A DNA stretch of 64,000 nucleotides, taken from assembly GCA_009914755.4 (NCBI GenBank), contig CP068257.2:15296001-15360000 (forward strand), read 5' to 3'. Every line of letters begins with the position of its first letter. The first letter of the stretch is position 1. A program made the translations under genes and the position numbers. This document shows positions 38,051-51,990 of the stretch, in pieces. The stretch comes from the human T2T-CHM13v2.0 reference genome, Homo sapiens. The notes below the pieces were generated by a model, which saw nothing but the letters and a program-made list of their open reading frames with translations, was not told the DNA's origin and searched no databases.

Positions 38051-39889
38051 TTATTCCTTGGATATTGTTTTTCATACCCAGGGGGAAGTGGTTGTTTCCC
38101 ATACCTACTATTCTTCTACTTATTATTATTTTTTTTAGTGTCTTTACTTCTAGTCAATCTCCTGTTAGTCTAATACCCTGTTAATAATTTCTTATATTAA
38201 TTGTGTCTTTTTAAAATTATCTTTAAATTAAAAAAAATCTTTGTGTTTTCTATCTACCAATTAGACCCCAACTAATACAACCGGTAAGTGGCAAACCCAG
38301 TACCCAGATAATCCTATAAAAAAAGGAAAATGCATAGGTGTTATAAAGATTGAAAAGGAAAATGTAAAACTGTCATTCTTTCCAGAGGATAAGGTCATTT
38401 ATTTAGAAATGCCAGCAGAATGGAGATGACGACCATAGATGACAGAAATACAATGGAAAAGAAATTAACAATAAAATTTAAACTGCAGTTCCTTACATAA
38501 ATTAACAATGATAAATAGCTATAAACTTGGGATTGTAATTAATTTGTCTCTCTACCAAAATTCTAAAAAGTGTAGAATTTAAGAAAATAAAAGTCTATAG
38601 GAATGAATGACATCAGCTAGGGAAGAGTTTTATAAGCAGAAGCAAGAGGGCTGATATCAACGAGAAATGTAGTAGAGATAGAATAGCCAGCAAAGAGACT
38701 GAAAAGGAAGGAACAAGAAAAAATGTGGGCATATAATGTGGAATCCTAGTAAAAAGGAATCAGCAGAACTGTGGACTGTCAGCCAAATCTGACCGTCCTC
38801 CCACCCACACACTCCAGCCTTCTACCCCTACCTGTTTTTGGACAGCTCCTGAGCTAAGAATCAGTTTTATGCTAAAACAGAAAAGTTGAATAGTTGCAAC
38901 AGAGACTGTTTGGCAGCCAAAGTCTAAAATATTATCACCTAGCACTTTACAGGAAAAGTGTAATGACCCTGCTAAAGAAGTGTCTCAAATGCTTTTGTGA
39001 GACAGAGTAAAATGCGGACAAAAATATGACCATTTGTTTGCTTGAATTCTGTGTCCTCTGAAAGTGAATTTCACATCCCTAAAACTCAGATCAGATATAA
39101 TCTAAACTTTTTCTCCTTAAAATTGAACTTTACCAACTCTTGAACTCCCATTCTCTAAAATTCAGGATATACTCAGTCTCATTTCATATACTTATCCTAC
39201 CTAGGGATAATCTAAATTCCAGGCAGCTTACTTATCCCTCTAAAATTGAGGAGAAGGCCAGCCTGGTCTACAGCAATCCTCCATCATCTACTGACCTCTA
39301 TCAAGATGCACATTCCTCACCAACCTTTGATGGCTGGCACTGACCTCTGGTGTATTGTCTACCCTTTGATCACCAGGTTGATGCCAGTCATACACTGTCT
39401 TCATCATACCAATTATGCCAGGTGAAGTCTTCCAGCTTACTCACCATTCCTTTTTCACCTCTCTCACTTAGACTCTAGGCAACTTTGCTGTGCTTTTTCA
39501 TGTACCATACTGGATGGGCAGAAATCTGTGAGAGCTTACCCCTCTACTGATATCCTTCTATTCAACAAGCTTCTCTGGGGGCGTGGGTTCACACCAGGCC
39601 ACCCCAAGAAAGCAAAGCACAGGTGTTGTTCAGCCCAAACTTATCAGAAACAGAGAGAAAGTGGGTCTATGATTTTTGAACTTGCTTAGAGACATTCTCC
39701 AAGGTCTGACTCTGCATTTTCTCTCACAATTCTGAAGCCTTTCCCAATTTTAACAATTCTTTCAGTGGAAGAAAAACTAATTCTTACAACATTTTATTTT
39801 TTAATTATCTTTAATATAGCAGAGAAAGTAATGAGTGAGGTGATATCATGGCATATTTCATATGTATTAAAAATTAATAAGGGAATTTT

Positions 39890-40620
39890 ATTAAAAACTT
39901 AATGCCCATAAATTTTACAACTTAGATAAAATAGACAATTTCCTTAAAAGGCATAAATTACCAAACTCAATAAAGAGAAAATAGATAACTCAGACAGCTG
40001 TATGTATTATATAAATTGAAATTGTATTTAACAGTCTTTCCCAAAAGAAAACTAGAGATCCAAATATTTTCACTGGTGAATTCTACCTAACGTTTATGAA
40101 GAAAATAATGCCAAGTCCACATTAACTCTTCCAAAAAATTAAAGAGGATGAAATACTCATTGTATGAAGCAAGGATTACTCTGATACCAAAACAAAATAT
40201 ATTACAAGAAAAGAAAACAACAGACCATATCCCTCATAAAAATAGCTACAAATATTCTAAACAAAATTTTAGCAAATCAAATTTTACAATACATTGAGAT
40301 GATAATACATCATGACCAAGTTGAGTTTTTCTCATAAATGCAAGTTTGGCTTTATATCTTCAAAAAAAATCAATGTATTAAAAGACTTAAAAAATGAAAG
40401 CCATGTGACCATCTCAATAAATGCAAAAAAAAAGGCTTTGACAAATTCTAACACCCATTTCTGACAAAAATAAATAAAACTCTCCATATCAGGAATGAAA
40501 GTGAACTTTTCTCAAACCGATAAAAAGCATCTACAAAAAAAGTGGAGCTAACATCATATTTAATTGTATAAGTTAAAGTAAGAGCAGAATGTGAATTGTG
40601 TTGATGTCAGGTTAAAAACC
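39890..40620 (+). mobile_element. Ancient L1M ORF2 fragment (sense), heavily decayed
   Basis: Degenerate ORF2 translation '...YSDTKTKYITRKENNRPYPS.K.LQIF.TKF.QIKFYNTLR..YIMTKLSFSHKCKFGF...' matches the L1 '...[66 protein letters not shown]'. Confidence 0.55.
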
Positions 40621-40894
40621 AATACTTTGTCCTACAGGCCAGAGATGGCCTATTGGTTTTATTTCAAATGCCAAATCTAGTAAACTACATTGACAAGAAT
40701 TCTGAGACCACATTCAATCTTTGCAAGAAATAGAGTTTTAAGATAAGGGCAATATGAAGTGGTACGTGCCTGTTATCATTGCTACAAACAATAGGAAATT
40801 ACTGACAATATAGGAACCACATCAATAGAGAACACAATAGAATCTCAAACTTGAAGGGACATAAACATTTAAACTTGTTTTCTATTTTTATTTT

Positions 40895-41175
40895 TATTTT
40901 TTATTTTACTTTAAGTTCTGGGACACATGTGCAGAACCCGCAGGTTTGTTACATAGGTATACATGTGCCATGGTGGTTTGCTGTACCTATCAACCTGTCA
41001 TCTAGGTTTTAAACCCCATATGCATTAGGTATTTCTCCTAATGCTCTCCCTCCCCTTGTCGCCCACCACCTAACAGGCCCCAGTGTGTGATGTTCCTCTC
41101 CCAGTGTCCATGTGTTCTCATTGTTCAACTCCCACTTATGAGTGAGAACATATGGTGTCAAACTTGCATTTTAAA
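40895..41175 (-). mobile_element. L1 (primate-type) 3'-end fragment in antisense orientation
   Basis: 'ttttactttaagttctgggacacatgtgcagaacccgcaggtttgttacataggtatacatgtgccatggtggtttgctgtacctatcaacctgtcatctaggttttaa...ctcccacttatgagtgagaacatatggtg' is the L1 3'UTR antisense. Confidence 0.85.
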
Positions 41176-44100
41176 AAGAACATACTGATGAGGGGGTGCA
41201 GAATAACTCATATAAGAGATTAAATATGAAGCTAGTATTATACTCGCAGTAATGAGGTGCCTTTCCAAGATTTAATAAAAGGATAGACTACTTATGCCTA
41301 CAAAGATAAGAGCAAAGACATTATGAACCATATTAAAGAGGCCAAATAATTCTTAGACTAAAACTCTAAAAGAACTCAGTGAGAGCTTGGTCATAGATCA
41401 AGAAATAATTTGTTAATCAAAAGGAGGATGACAATTGTTATGATTATTGAAAGTGAATCATCAATAAAGAAATATCAGTTGATCTATAGCACTTTTCAAT
41501 GGAAAGGATGTGCTGAACTATAAAAGGAATTGTCTAGTACTCACGGCCACTATGACTCTAAGGTGATATGAGTTCATTAGACTTCCATAGCTCCAAAAGA
41601 CTAGTCATTAAAATCATCTGATCAACACCTCTCACTCTGATTCTATTCCTACCATCAACTTTCTAGTTATCTTTTGGTTTGCATGTGATTTACCTTTAAA
41701 GAAAGTATCCTGATTACTGAACTCTGCTCTCTGGTTCAATTTTTTTTGTATTATTAATTTCAAAATTAGCATTATATTTTATATATGCATTTATTATGAC
41801 TTAGGTAGTTAAGTTTCAGCACCCTGTAAACTCTATAAGTATTAACTCCCATGTTTCTAAGACCCCTCTAATCCTGAATTGTAATGACTAAACAAAGTTA
41901 CCACTACTATGGAAATATATAGCTCTGTCTCACTGCTTACCTCCAAATTGTAACAAACAGCACAATACATATTTGTTTTGTTGTAGTATAAAGAAGGGTG
42001 GAATATATATATAAGTATAATAAAGATCTTAACACTAATTCCCTTGCTATGCACCCCAAACCCAGGTAAAAGTATGTTGTGGAACACTGTAAGAATAATG
42101 CAATTATTGTGTTAAAAACAAAAAAAACTATCACATACTTTTGAATTTTAGAACTAAATTGACCATTACAAAAGATAAGAAGACATTGCCTAGAAATCTG
42201 ATAATCTAATGTGATATATTTCGCTCTTCTCTCTTCTGGTATTGAACAATGAAAAAACAAACTGTTACCAAAAATAGCTACCTTACTCGAATATAATTGT
42301 CCATGCTGCATTAATTTTTAATTAATCTTGGATAGGCAAGCATTGCAGTATCCCTCTAAAAAATATTAAACATTTAAATTATATTCTCCCTTAATCAACT
42401 TATTATATTAAGAAAAGAAAACAACTATTTTGGCAACTTCAGCCTTCATTGGCTTTCTTTTTTCTTGATTTCCATGAAGATTTTAAGGGCATGTTCTCAT
42501 TAGGTCTTCCACATATTTGCCCATTTTTCATTTTTTGAAATTAAAAAATATATATATATGAATGATATCAGGCATACTTTTGGCACTTCTCCATTTTAAA
42601 GCTGACAAATGGAGTTCAAGATAACAAACTGCCAAAGACTGTGGGGAAAACAGAGAGCAAACATTGAGTGTGCCAAGCAAGTTGTTTGCCATCAGTCATA
42701 TTGACATAATGTGCCTACACTGAGAGAGACATAACAGCATCCTGCTAGATAATTCTAGGGAAAGGGGGTGAAAGCTTAATAGAACAATCAGTGGGTTACT
42801 TTTTTACCTATTTAAAGAATGATTACAAAATGACTTCTTAGATTGGATTGCTGATTGACATGCACTCATTTACAGTCAAGAGTTTTTAGGACAACACGTG
42901 GAGAAAGAGATATGGACGTAACCACACCAGGATTGTGTTTTTATGTGACCCAGGAGATAACCTTGAAACAATAGAAAGATAACAAATTGAAAACTGGCAT
43001 ATTTTTATATAAAAAATACAATTTTTACCCTCAAGAAATTTACAATAAGATAAAAAAATTTGAAATTTTTAATTTAAGGAAATCTTTGCACATTCTTTTT
43101 CTCTTATTTGTCAATAAATTTACAAATATTAGCTAACTTAAAAGAGTTCTGAGAAATAAGCAAAAGATGAAAACTATACAAAGAACAAAAAAACTTTCTT
43201 ATTTCCTATTTTGAGGAAAAAAGTATTCATCTCAAAGGCTTAGTTTGGTAGTGGTAGACAGTCCCAATATTATTTTGGAACTTGCCTGATCGGCTGGAGA
43301 TATTACATAAGGGTATCTACATCATAGGATCAGGAAAACTCACATTCTTTGATTCATTCAGCTAGTTAGCCCCTCTAGTGTGGAGTACAAGTTTAGGGTG
43401 AACAAAAATACACATACAGAAATTATGTCATAACATGATAAAATAAAATGTAATAAAAATAATGAATGTTATATGGCTGAAATGCCCTTCATTTAATTCC
43501 GACTGATTATTAAGATATTCAACGGACCAGTTTAAAGCCAGACAGCTAAAACTTCTACCTAGATGTGTGGTGCACTGCAAACCCATCATGCTGAAAATTT
43601 GATTCACTATATATTCATCTAAAAATTATTTTTAGAACATACTATGTTCAAGGCAATGTGACTTTTCCTTCTCCTTATTTCTACTCTCATGTTCAGAAAA
43701 CATAACATATGAAAGTAGACCAAAGACTAAATATTACTGGCTACTATATACACCAAGATCAGTTTTTATCAAGTATTTGTACTTCTTCATATGTATGGAC
43801 ATTATTCAGCAAATACTTGCACGAAATAACCTATTAGCTTGGCCGGTTGCCTTTGGTTCCCTCTATACCTTCTTGTTTCAGAAACTTCCCATCTCAGTAT
43901 GGTACAATATCCACAGGTCCCTGTTTGTGGAATCTCTACAGTGGCTCTCCATCAGTTTCAGGGTTTTTACTGGCTTTAGTAAAATCAAAGGCATATAACT
44001 ATCATTCTTGGAAAGTTTAGAATTTTGTTTCTATCATAAAATGTTTTCATATGATTGATGATATGCCAGAAATATCACTGCTTTACAATACATACCTCTA

Positions 44101-45719
44101 GAAATAGTGAGGGGATTTCAAAATTTTGGTTTATACCCCAAAAAGACAGTAAGAATAAAAGATGTGTTAACTGATGAATTCAGTGAATAATCTCTAAATG
44201 GAATTCTCTCATTCTTTTCTTACTACTATACCCCCTTTTATAATTTCCTGTCTCTGAACAAGCATGTGCATGTGTATTCACATGTGCACACACAGAGAAA
44301 GTTACATGAATCCCTTTTTTTCTTACTAGAACCTGAAATGGTTTCCTCTACTTAAGGTCTATGATACTTGACACTATTAAACGATGGGCTCTTTTTCTAT
44401 TTTAGTTTTCTTTTACTTTACTTGCTATGTAACAATAAATATTTGCACCCTACTGACCAAGATTTTAAAAAAAAGAGGGAAAGGAAAATAAAATGTTAGC
44501 TCTGTTTGTGGTATTCACTTAATCTTTTTCAAAATGAATTCCATAGTATTGAAAGATAAGAAAAAATTATCTTACTTGGCAAGGCCAAATTTATTATAAA
44601 GTATATTTGTTCATTTTGCAAGTCAGTTTTTGCTAAAATAAGAAATTTATAATCCTCAGAAATCTATGAACACAGATCATAATATTGGCAAAAATAATTT
44701 TCTAAAAATATTTGGTATGTTTATAACTGATATGCTGTCTTTTGGAAATTACTTAAGCATCAGATAACATAAAAATTGTTTTTATCCCTCTCTAATAACA
44801 GTATTTCTAACTTGTAACTACTTATAGAAGACATGATGGCACTAGTAAAAGAGTAAAGTATCAAATAGGAATATTATATTATTTAGGGTAAGGTAAGGTA
44901 AAGTAATAAATAAAATCAAAATTTCAGCAGTTTAATACAATTGAAGTTTATTTCTCAGTCGTAAGTGTGTGCTCCTGGTTGGTGGAGACTCTTCCTCATG
45001 CTATAATTTAGGGACCCAAACTTTTTCTAAACTGTGACTCTGCTCTGTCCTAAAGGCTTCAACATTATTACCTGGCTCTAGGTGTATGAGACAGGTACCA
45101 TTGCTTCTTAAAAGTCGTACCTAGAACTTGAAAACATCACTTCCTCTCACATTCCAGAATTATTTACAGGGTCATACCTAGCTTCAAGGGAAACTAGGAG
45201 ATAAAATTCCACCGGGAACAGCCATCACGCTAAACCATGAAAACGTGCATAACTTTTGGTAGACAAACCTTTAACCCCATTATGTTCAGATAAGCCCAAA
45301 GTATTCAACCAAGAAATACGATTTTTGAATAAATCACAAAAAATTTAGAAGTCATAAAATCTTTTGGAAAACATGTGTTAATACATCTCTGTGGCATACT
45401 TGTTTTATTTCTTATATTTCTTAAATTGCTTAAAATTACTGTTTTGCTCACCAAGGGCATCAATTTATTCATTTTACTACTGACCAAACAAAAATATTGC
45501 ATAAATGTATAATAATGCAACAATGTAACCCTGATTCATTTAGTTTCCTAATCATAATTTCAAGAACATATCTACAGACAGCAAATACATACCTACATTT
45601 GTTTCCTGGCTCTTTTTAATATGAAATTCCAATAGATGTCTATGATCCTGACCATGTGAACACTGACATTAAAAACCAAGATGGAATACCCATAAATTTT
45701 TCACATTTGTCTACTACTT

Positions 45720-48700
45720 ATAAACAGGCAATTCTGGTTGCCTGTGTTTGTGGGTTATTGCTCAAGAAATGTTTTCCCAGACCAATATCCTGTAGATTTT
45801 CCCCGATGTTTTCTTGTGGCAGTTTCATAGTTTGAGGTCTTAGATTTAAGTCTTTAATCTAGTTTGACTTGACTTTTGTGTACGGTGAGAGATAGGGGTC
45901 CAGTTTCATTCTTCGGCATATGGATATCCAGTTTTTCCAGCACAATTTATTTAAGAGACTCTCCTTTCCCTAGTGTATGTTCTTGGCACCATGTCAAAAG
46001 TGAGTTCACTATAGGTGTGTGGATTTATTTCTGGGTTCTCTGTTCTGTTCCATTGGTCTACGTGTCTGTTTTTATGCCAATACCATGCTGTTTTGTTTAC
46101 CACAACTCTGTAGCAAGATCTGAAGTCGAGTAATGTGATTGCTCCAGTTTTGTTCTTTTTGTTTAAAATAGCTTTGGCTATTCTGAGTCTTTCGTGGTGC
46201 TATATAAATTATATGATCTTTTTTCTAATTCTTTGAAGAATAATATTAGTATTTTGGGATAGGGATTGCATTGAATCTGTACATTGCTTTGGGTAGTATA
46301 GACACTTTAACAATATTGAGTCTTCCAATAAATGAACATGGAATATTTTTCCATTGCTTTCATTAGTCTTTTATAGTTTTCATTATAGCGATCTTTCCAT
46401 TCTTTGGGTAATTTTTAGGTATTTATTTTATGCATGGCTATTATAGATGTCATTACTTTTTAATTTCTTTTTCACATTATTCACTGTAGGCATATAGAAA
46501 TGCTACTGAGTTTTGCATGTTGATTTTGTATCCTGCAACTTCACTGACTTTGTTTATCAGTTCTAACAGTTTTCTTATAATCTTTAGGTTTTCCTAATTA
46601 TAAGATCATATCATGAGCAAACAAGGTTAATTTGACTTCTTTCCTTCCAATTTGGATGCCCTTTATATCCTTCTCTTGTCTGATTGCTCTAGCCAGTAAT
46701 TCCAGTAGTATGTTGAATAACGGTGGTGAAAGTGGACCTCCTTGTCATTTTCCAGATCTCAGAGGAAAAGCTTTCAGTTTTTTTTCCCATTTAGTATGAT
46801 AATACCTGTGGGTCTGTTGTATGTGGTTCTTAAATGTATTGAGGTATCTTCCTTCTATTCCCAGTTTTTTGAGGGTTATTATCATGAAGGAATGTTGAAT
46901 TTTATCAAATGCCTTTTCAGAAACAATGGAAATCATAAGGTTTTTGGCCTTCATTCTGTTGATATGATGTATCATGTTGATTGATTTGCATATGTTGAAG
47001 CATCCTTGCATCCCAGGGATAAATCCTAGTTGGTCAGGATAAATGCCCTTTATAATGTCTTGTGGAATGCAGTTTGCTAGTATTTTGTTGAGGATTCTTG
47101 CATCAATATTCATCACAGATACTGGCCTGCGGTTTTCTTTTTTTGATGTGTCTTTGGTTTTGGTATCAGGGTAACACTGGCCTCATAGAATAAGTTTGAA
47201 AGTATTCTCTCATCCTCTATTTTTTGGAATAGTTTGAGTAGGATTGGTATTAGTTCTTCTTTAAGTGTTTGGTAGAATTTGACAGTGAGGCCATCAGGTT
47301 CTTTACTGGGAGACTTTCTATGACAGCTTCGATCTCATTACTTGTTATCCGTATTTTCATGTTTTGGATTTCTTCCTGGTTCAATCTTGGTAGGTTGTAT
47401 GTACCTAGAAATGTTTTTATTTCTTTTAGATTTTCCAATCTATTGGCATATAGTTGCATGTAGTACCCCTTAATGAGCCTTTGAGTTCTGCATTATCAGC
47501 TGTCTCCTTCTTCATTTCTGATTTTATTTATGTGGATCTCCTCTTTTTTTTCTTAGTTATTCTGGCTAAAAGTTTGTAATTTTGTGTAATGTTTTTTAAA
47601 AAAAACAACTTTTTGTTTCATTGACCTTTTGTATTTTTTATTTCAATTTCATTTATTTCTGCTCTGATCCTTATTATTTATTTTCTTCTACTAATTTTGG
47701 GTTTGGTCTGCTCTTGCTTTTCTAGTTCTTTAGGATGCAATGTTAGATTGTTCATTTGAAGTTTTTCTTATAGCTATAAATTTCCCTCTTAGTACTGATT
47801 TTACTGTATCTCATAGGTTTTTGTATGTTGTGTTTACATTATCATTTGTTTCAAGAAATTTTTCAATTTCCTTCTAATTTCTTCATCAACCCACTGGCCA
47901 CTCAAGAGCCTATTGTTTGATTTCCATGTGTTTCTATAGTTTCCAAAATCCCTCTTTGTATTACTTTCTAATTTTATTTAATTGTGGTTAGAGAAGATGC
48001 TTGACATTATTTCAAATGTTTTAATGTTTTAAGATGTGTTTTGTGACCTAACATATGGTCTATTCTGGAGAATGATTCATGTGCTGAGGAAAAAAGTGTG
48101 TACTCTGTAGCTCTTGGATAAAATGTTCTTTAAATATCTATTGGATGCATTTGGTCTACAGTGCAGATTAATGTTTCTTTGTTGATTTTCTGTCTAGAAA
48201 ATCTGTCCAACGCTGGAAGTGAGGTGTTGAAGTCTCCAGCTATTACTTTATTGGGGCCTGCCTATCTCTTTAGCTCTAATAATATTTCCTTTCTATATAT
48301 TGATGGTCTAGCATTGGGTGCATATATATTTAAAATTGTTATATCCTTTTGCTGAATTCATTTCTTTATTATTATATAGTGACCTTCTTTGACTCTTCTT
48401 ATAGTTTTTGTCTTGAAGTCTATTTTGTCTGATATAAGTACAGCTACTGCTACTTTTCTCTGGCTTTTGCTGGCATGGAATATCTTTTTTCATCCCTTTA
48501 TTTTCATTCTATGTGTGTCTTTATAGGTGAAGTATGTTTCTTGTAGGCAACAGACTGATTGATTTTTTTTCATCCATGCAGCCATCTTATGTCTTTTGAT
48601 TGGAGAGTTTAGTCCATTTACATTTAAAGTCGTTATTGATAAGTAAGAGCTTACTCCTGCCATTTTGTTATTTATTTTTTCTCTTTTTTAGTTGCCTTCT

Positions 48701-49200
48701 CTTCCTTCTTTCTTTCCTTCTTGTCTTCCTTTAGTGTAGATGGTTTGATTTAGTTTCTTTCTTTTCATTTTTTGTGTCTCTATTCTATGTTTTTTGGTTT
48801 AAGGTTGCCATGAGGTTTGCAAATACTGCCTTGTGGCCCATTATTTTAACCCAATAACAACCTAACACTACATAAACAAACAAACAAAAAGAAAATTAAT
48901 AAAAACTCTACATCTTAACTTTGTCCCCCTACTTTTTAACTTTTTGTTATTTCTACTTATATCTTATTATACTGCCTGTGCCTTGAAAAGTTGTTGTAGT
49001 AATTATTTATTATTAGTTCATTGTTTATTCTTTTTACTTAGGATAAGAGTAGCTTACACACCACAGTTACAGCATTATCATATTCTGTGTTGTTCTGTGT
49101 ACTTACTATTACCAATGAGTTTTCCACCTTTAGATGATTTCTTATTGCTCATTAATGTTAAACAAGTAATTTCAATATCTCTATTTGATCTGCAATAATT
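45720..49200 (-). mobile_element. LINE-1 in antisense orientation covering ORF2 (from about aa 1000 back to the start) and the upstream inter-ORF/ORF1 region. The 3' end is absent.
   Basis: Track ORF at 46745-47116 (-) is '[79 protein letters not shown]', the L1 RT-domain motif. The antisense ORF2-start motif 'ttagtccatttacatttaaagtcgttattgataagtaagagcttactcctgcc' is at 48610. Confidence 0.8.
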
Positions 49201-49399
49201 CACCCAAACTCCAGATTAATTTCCAGCTGATTAGTTCAATTTTTAGCACAGACACAGTTTACTCAAAATTAACACATCCAAATCAAACTGGATCTTCTCA
49301 CTCTATACATAAAACCTGATGGTCTTCAAATATTTTGAATGATGCACTCATTCATTAATCAAATAAAATTATGCATGGAGCTCATGTGAGAAGTGTCAA

Positions 49400-50900
49400 C
49401 TCTTTGTCAATATACTCTAAAAGAGGGTCATTTTGGTAAAACAGACACACACAATAACCAATAAAAAGCAATGCTGCTACCTATCCTAATGAAAATAGCC
49501 CTGCATGCATGATTGTTAAACAGTCAAAAAAAGGGACCAAACATTGAAAGAGATTCAACAGGTAGGAAGAGATGAAAAATGAATAAATCAAACAGATTTT
49601 AAATAAAAATGCAATAATTCAAAAAGAGAAGATCATTTTATTTCAAATCCATGATTGTGTCAAGTAAAGAGAATGCTGACTTCATAAAAAGAGATTGCTA
49701 GAGACATAACAGAATAAGAAATCAAAGAGTTCATAGAAACTATTAATAAAAAATTAATTTCCATTAAATCACCAAATGAGTATTTCTGAGTCTAAAGTCC
49801 TATCTTAGGATTTCCAGATACAATACAGGACACCCATCTAGATTGGAACTTCAGATGCCTAATGATTACTTTTTTTAGTCTAAGTATGACCCAAATATTG
49901 CATGAAACATGCCTATGTAAAGGTAATTTATTGACAAGGAAGGGGCAAAGTAATCTGTTGCTTCTCTGAAATTCACATTTGACTGGGTGCCCTGTATTTG
50001 TATTTGCTAAATATGACAGCCTTAAGTATTATGCAGTTAGTGAGTGGAGATTAGATAATACACAAAGAAGAGCATAAAGAAACTATAAACTAAGTTTGTA
50101 TTAGTTTTCTCTTAAAAAATATAATTTCCAGTTAAAATGAAAATCACTAAATACAAAAAAAAATTGCATGACTAAAGACTTAAGTAGGAGTCTAAAAGAC
50201 AGAGTCTAGAAATTCTCTTATAAATTAGATCAAAAAAGATAAAGAGGAAAAGCATGAGGGAAAATTCATAGGCTATATAAAGATTAGATTCAAAAAGCTA
50301 ACATCTATCCCTTAAGAGTTCTGGAGGGAAAAACAAGGACAATGGAGAGGAGGAGAGAGTTTTCAGAGTACCATGGTTTAATTTTACGTAATGAAAAGTT
50401 AATAGAAATTTTCTAAAATTGGAATTCCTAATAAAAATATTTTAAGGTGAGATAGAAAACCAAAAATGAATTTGTAATAACATAATTGTCGAGGTGGCAG
50501 AGAAAACAGAAGAGAAGAAGAAAAAATATGCTAAAATCATTATTTTCAAATGGAGGAGAATAACATTACTCAAGATAGATGTATTTATTATTTAGACCTG
50601 TAGTGATATATTTAGTCCAGATTTCTCAAAACAAAGCTTCAGGTTAAGGCTTGAATGCAGGTAGTTTATTTGGGAAGTAAATTCACTAATCAGGAATGAA
50701 AAAATTAGTGAGTGAGACAGGGAAGGAAGAAAAGCAAATATAAGAACAGGTTGTTGACTTGGCTACCATAACAGGTGACTAAAACTCAATTCTAATGTAT
50801 TTTCTGAGGAGCATTAGGAAAATTATTTTGCATTAATCTCCCAGGAAATGAAAGAGGAAAAACTTAGCTATACATTTTATGCCCCGTTGGTTAAAGCCAA
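49400..50900 (+). mobile_element. Possible ancient L1M-derived A-rich segment (sense). Low confidence.
   Basis: The A-rich, LINE-like base composition and degenerate reading frames, for example '...LSLKSSGGKNKDNGEEERVF...', have weak similarity to the L1 ORF1 C-terminal region. Confidence 0.3.
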
Positions 50901-51602
50901 TAATGTGTTCTATCTGATGTCAACACAATCAAAACTGTGATCAGAAGCAAAGGACTTAACAGAAACCTGAGGCAAGTGAATCTGTATAGTTGTCTTTTCC
51001 ATGTGAAAGCAAGTTGCATTTAATCATCTGTATTGATTGGCATTAAGAAGATTACATTCACCAAATCAATAGACATATCTGAAGTGCTTAAAGTTGTGTC
51101 TATATTTTCTAGTCTGCCAAGGCTAGACATTCATTATTTCTCAGCTACACTTAATAATTAGATGCTGGGCCTCATTTTTATAACAGAAAGTCTGGAAATG
51201 TAGCAGATAAGAATCTCCTTAGAAGCTGCCACAGAGCCCCTCTGGTTTTAACAGTATGCCTTAAATTGATCATTAGCTAAAAACAAACTAGTCCTTTTCT
51301 TTTTTCAGTGCATCATAACAGTTTACAATAGCCGGACAACTCCACTATTCCTAAAACTGCTATTTTTTTCCTTCCATTCAAGGGCAACAATTTCTGCATA
51401 ACCCAACATTTTCCCTTCCCCCATTCCTTCATTCAAATTCATCACAAGTGTCTGATGTTTAATTTTATGTGCCAGCTTGGCTGGGCCAAGATGCTCAGAT
51501 ATATGATCAAACATTATTCTGGATGTTTCCATCAGGGTGTTTTTGAATGAGATTAACATTTAAATCAGTGGACTTTGAGTAAAGTAGGTTGCCTTCTCTG
51601 AT

Positions 51603-51626
51603 GGCGGGGGTGGGGGCGGGGGGTGG
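51603..51626 (+). other. G-quadruplex-forming motif (four G-runs)
   Basis: 'ggcgggggtgggggcggggggtgg'. Confidence 0.6.
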
Positions 51627-51819
51627 AGTTTCATCCAATCAGTGAACTCCTGTATAGAACAAAAGACTGCCCTTCATTGACAATAAGGAATTCTACCACT
51701 AGAGGCCTTCGAACTTGAACTGCAACATTGACTCTTCCTGGGTTGTCTCTAGTCTACCAGCCCATCCTGTAGATTTTGGACTTACCAGCTTCTATAATCA
51801 TATCAGCCAATTCTTATAA

Positions 51820-51990
51820 TTACAATATATAATAAATTGTATAAATCTATATATGTATATATACATATATATAAAAGAAGGACTATGTGTTTGTGTATGT
51901 GTGTACATATATACATTTATTATATACATATACATGTATTACATATCTTATATACATCTATATGTACATATCAATATTTTACTCCACTTA
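51820..51990. repeat. Low-complexity (TA)n/(CATA)n-rich tract
   Basis: 'tatatatgtatatatacatatatataaaag...gtgtgtacatatatacatttattatatacatatacatgtattacatatcttatatacatctatatgtacatatc'. Confidence 0.85.

Noticed and set aside
37788-38138. A 116 aa plus-strand ORF
   Set aside because: It lies within an internally repetitive, probably LTR-derived segment. Its composition is driven by 'cagc' and 'ctgc' repeats, and it has no gene-like features.
41937-42311. A 124 aa minus-strand ORF in unique sequence
   Set aside because: It is an AT-rich, low-complexity translation ('...LLIFCNGQFSSKIQKYVIVFFVFNTIIALF...'). There are no splice or start signals and no recognisable domain, so it is most likely a chance ORF.
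46745-47116. A 123 aa ORF (minus strand) with clear reverse-transcriptase motifs
   Set aside because: It is an L1 ORF2 RT-domain remnant inside a decayed antisense L1 and is not an independent gene. The same applies to 9567-9842 (+), 7922-8209 (+), 20636-20990 (-) and 22841-23035 (+).
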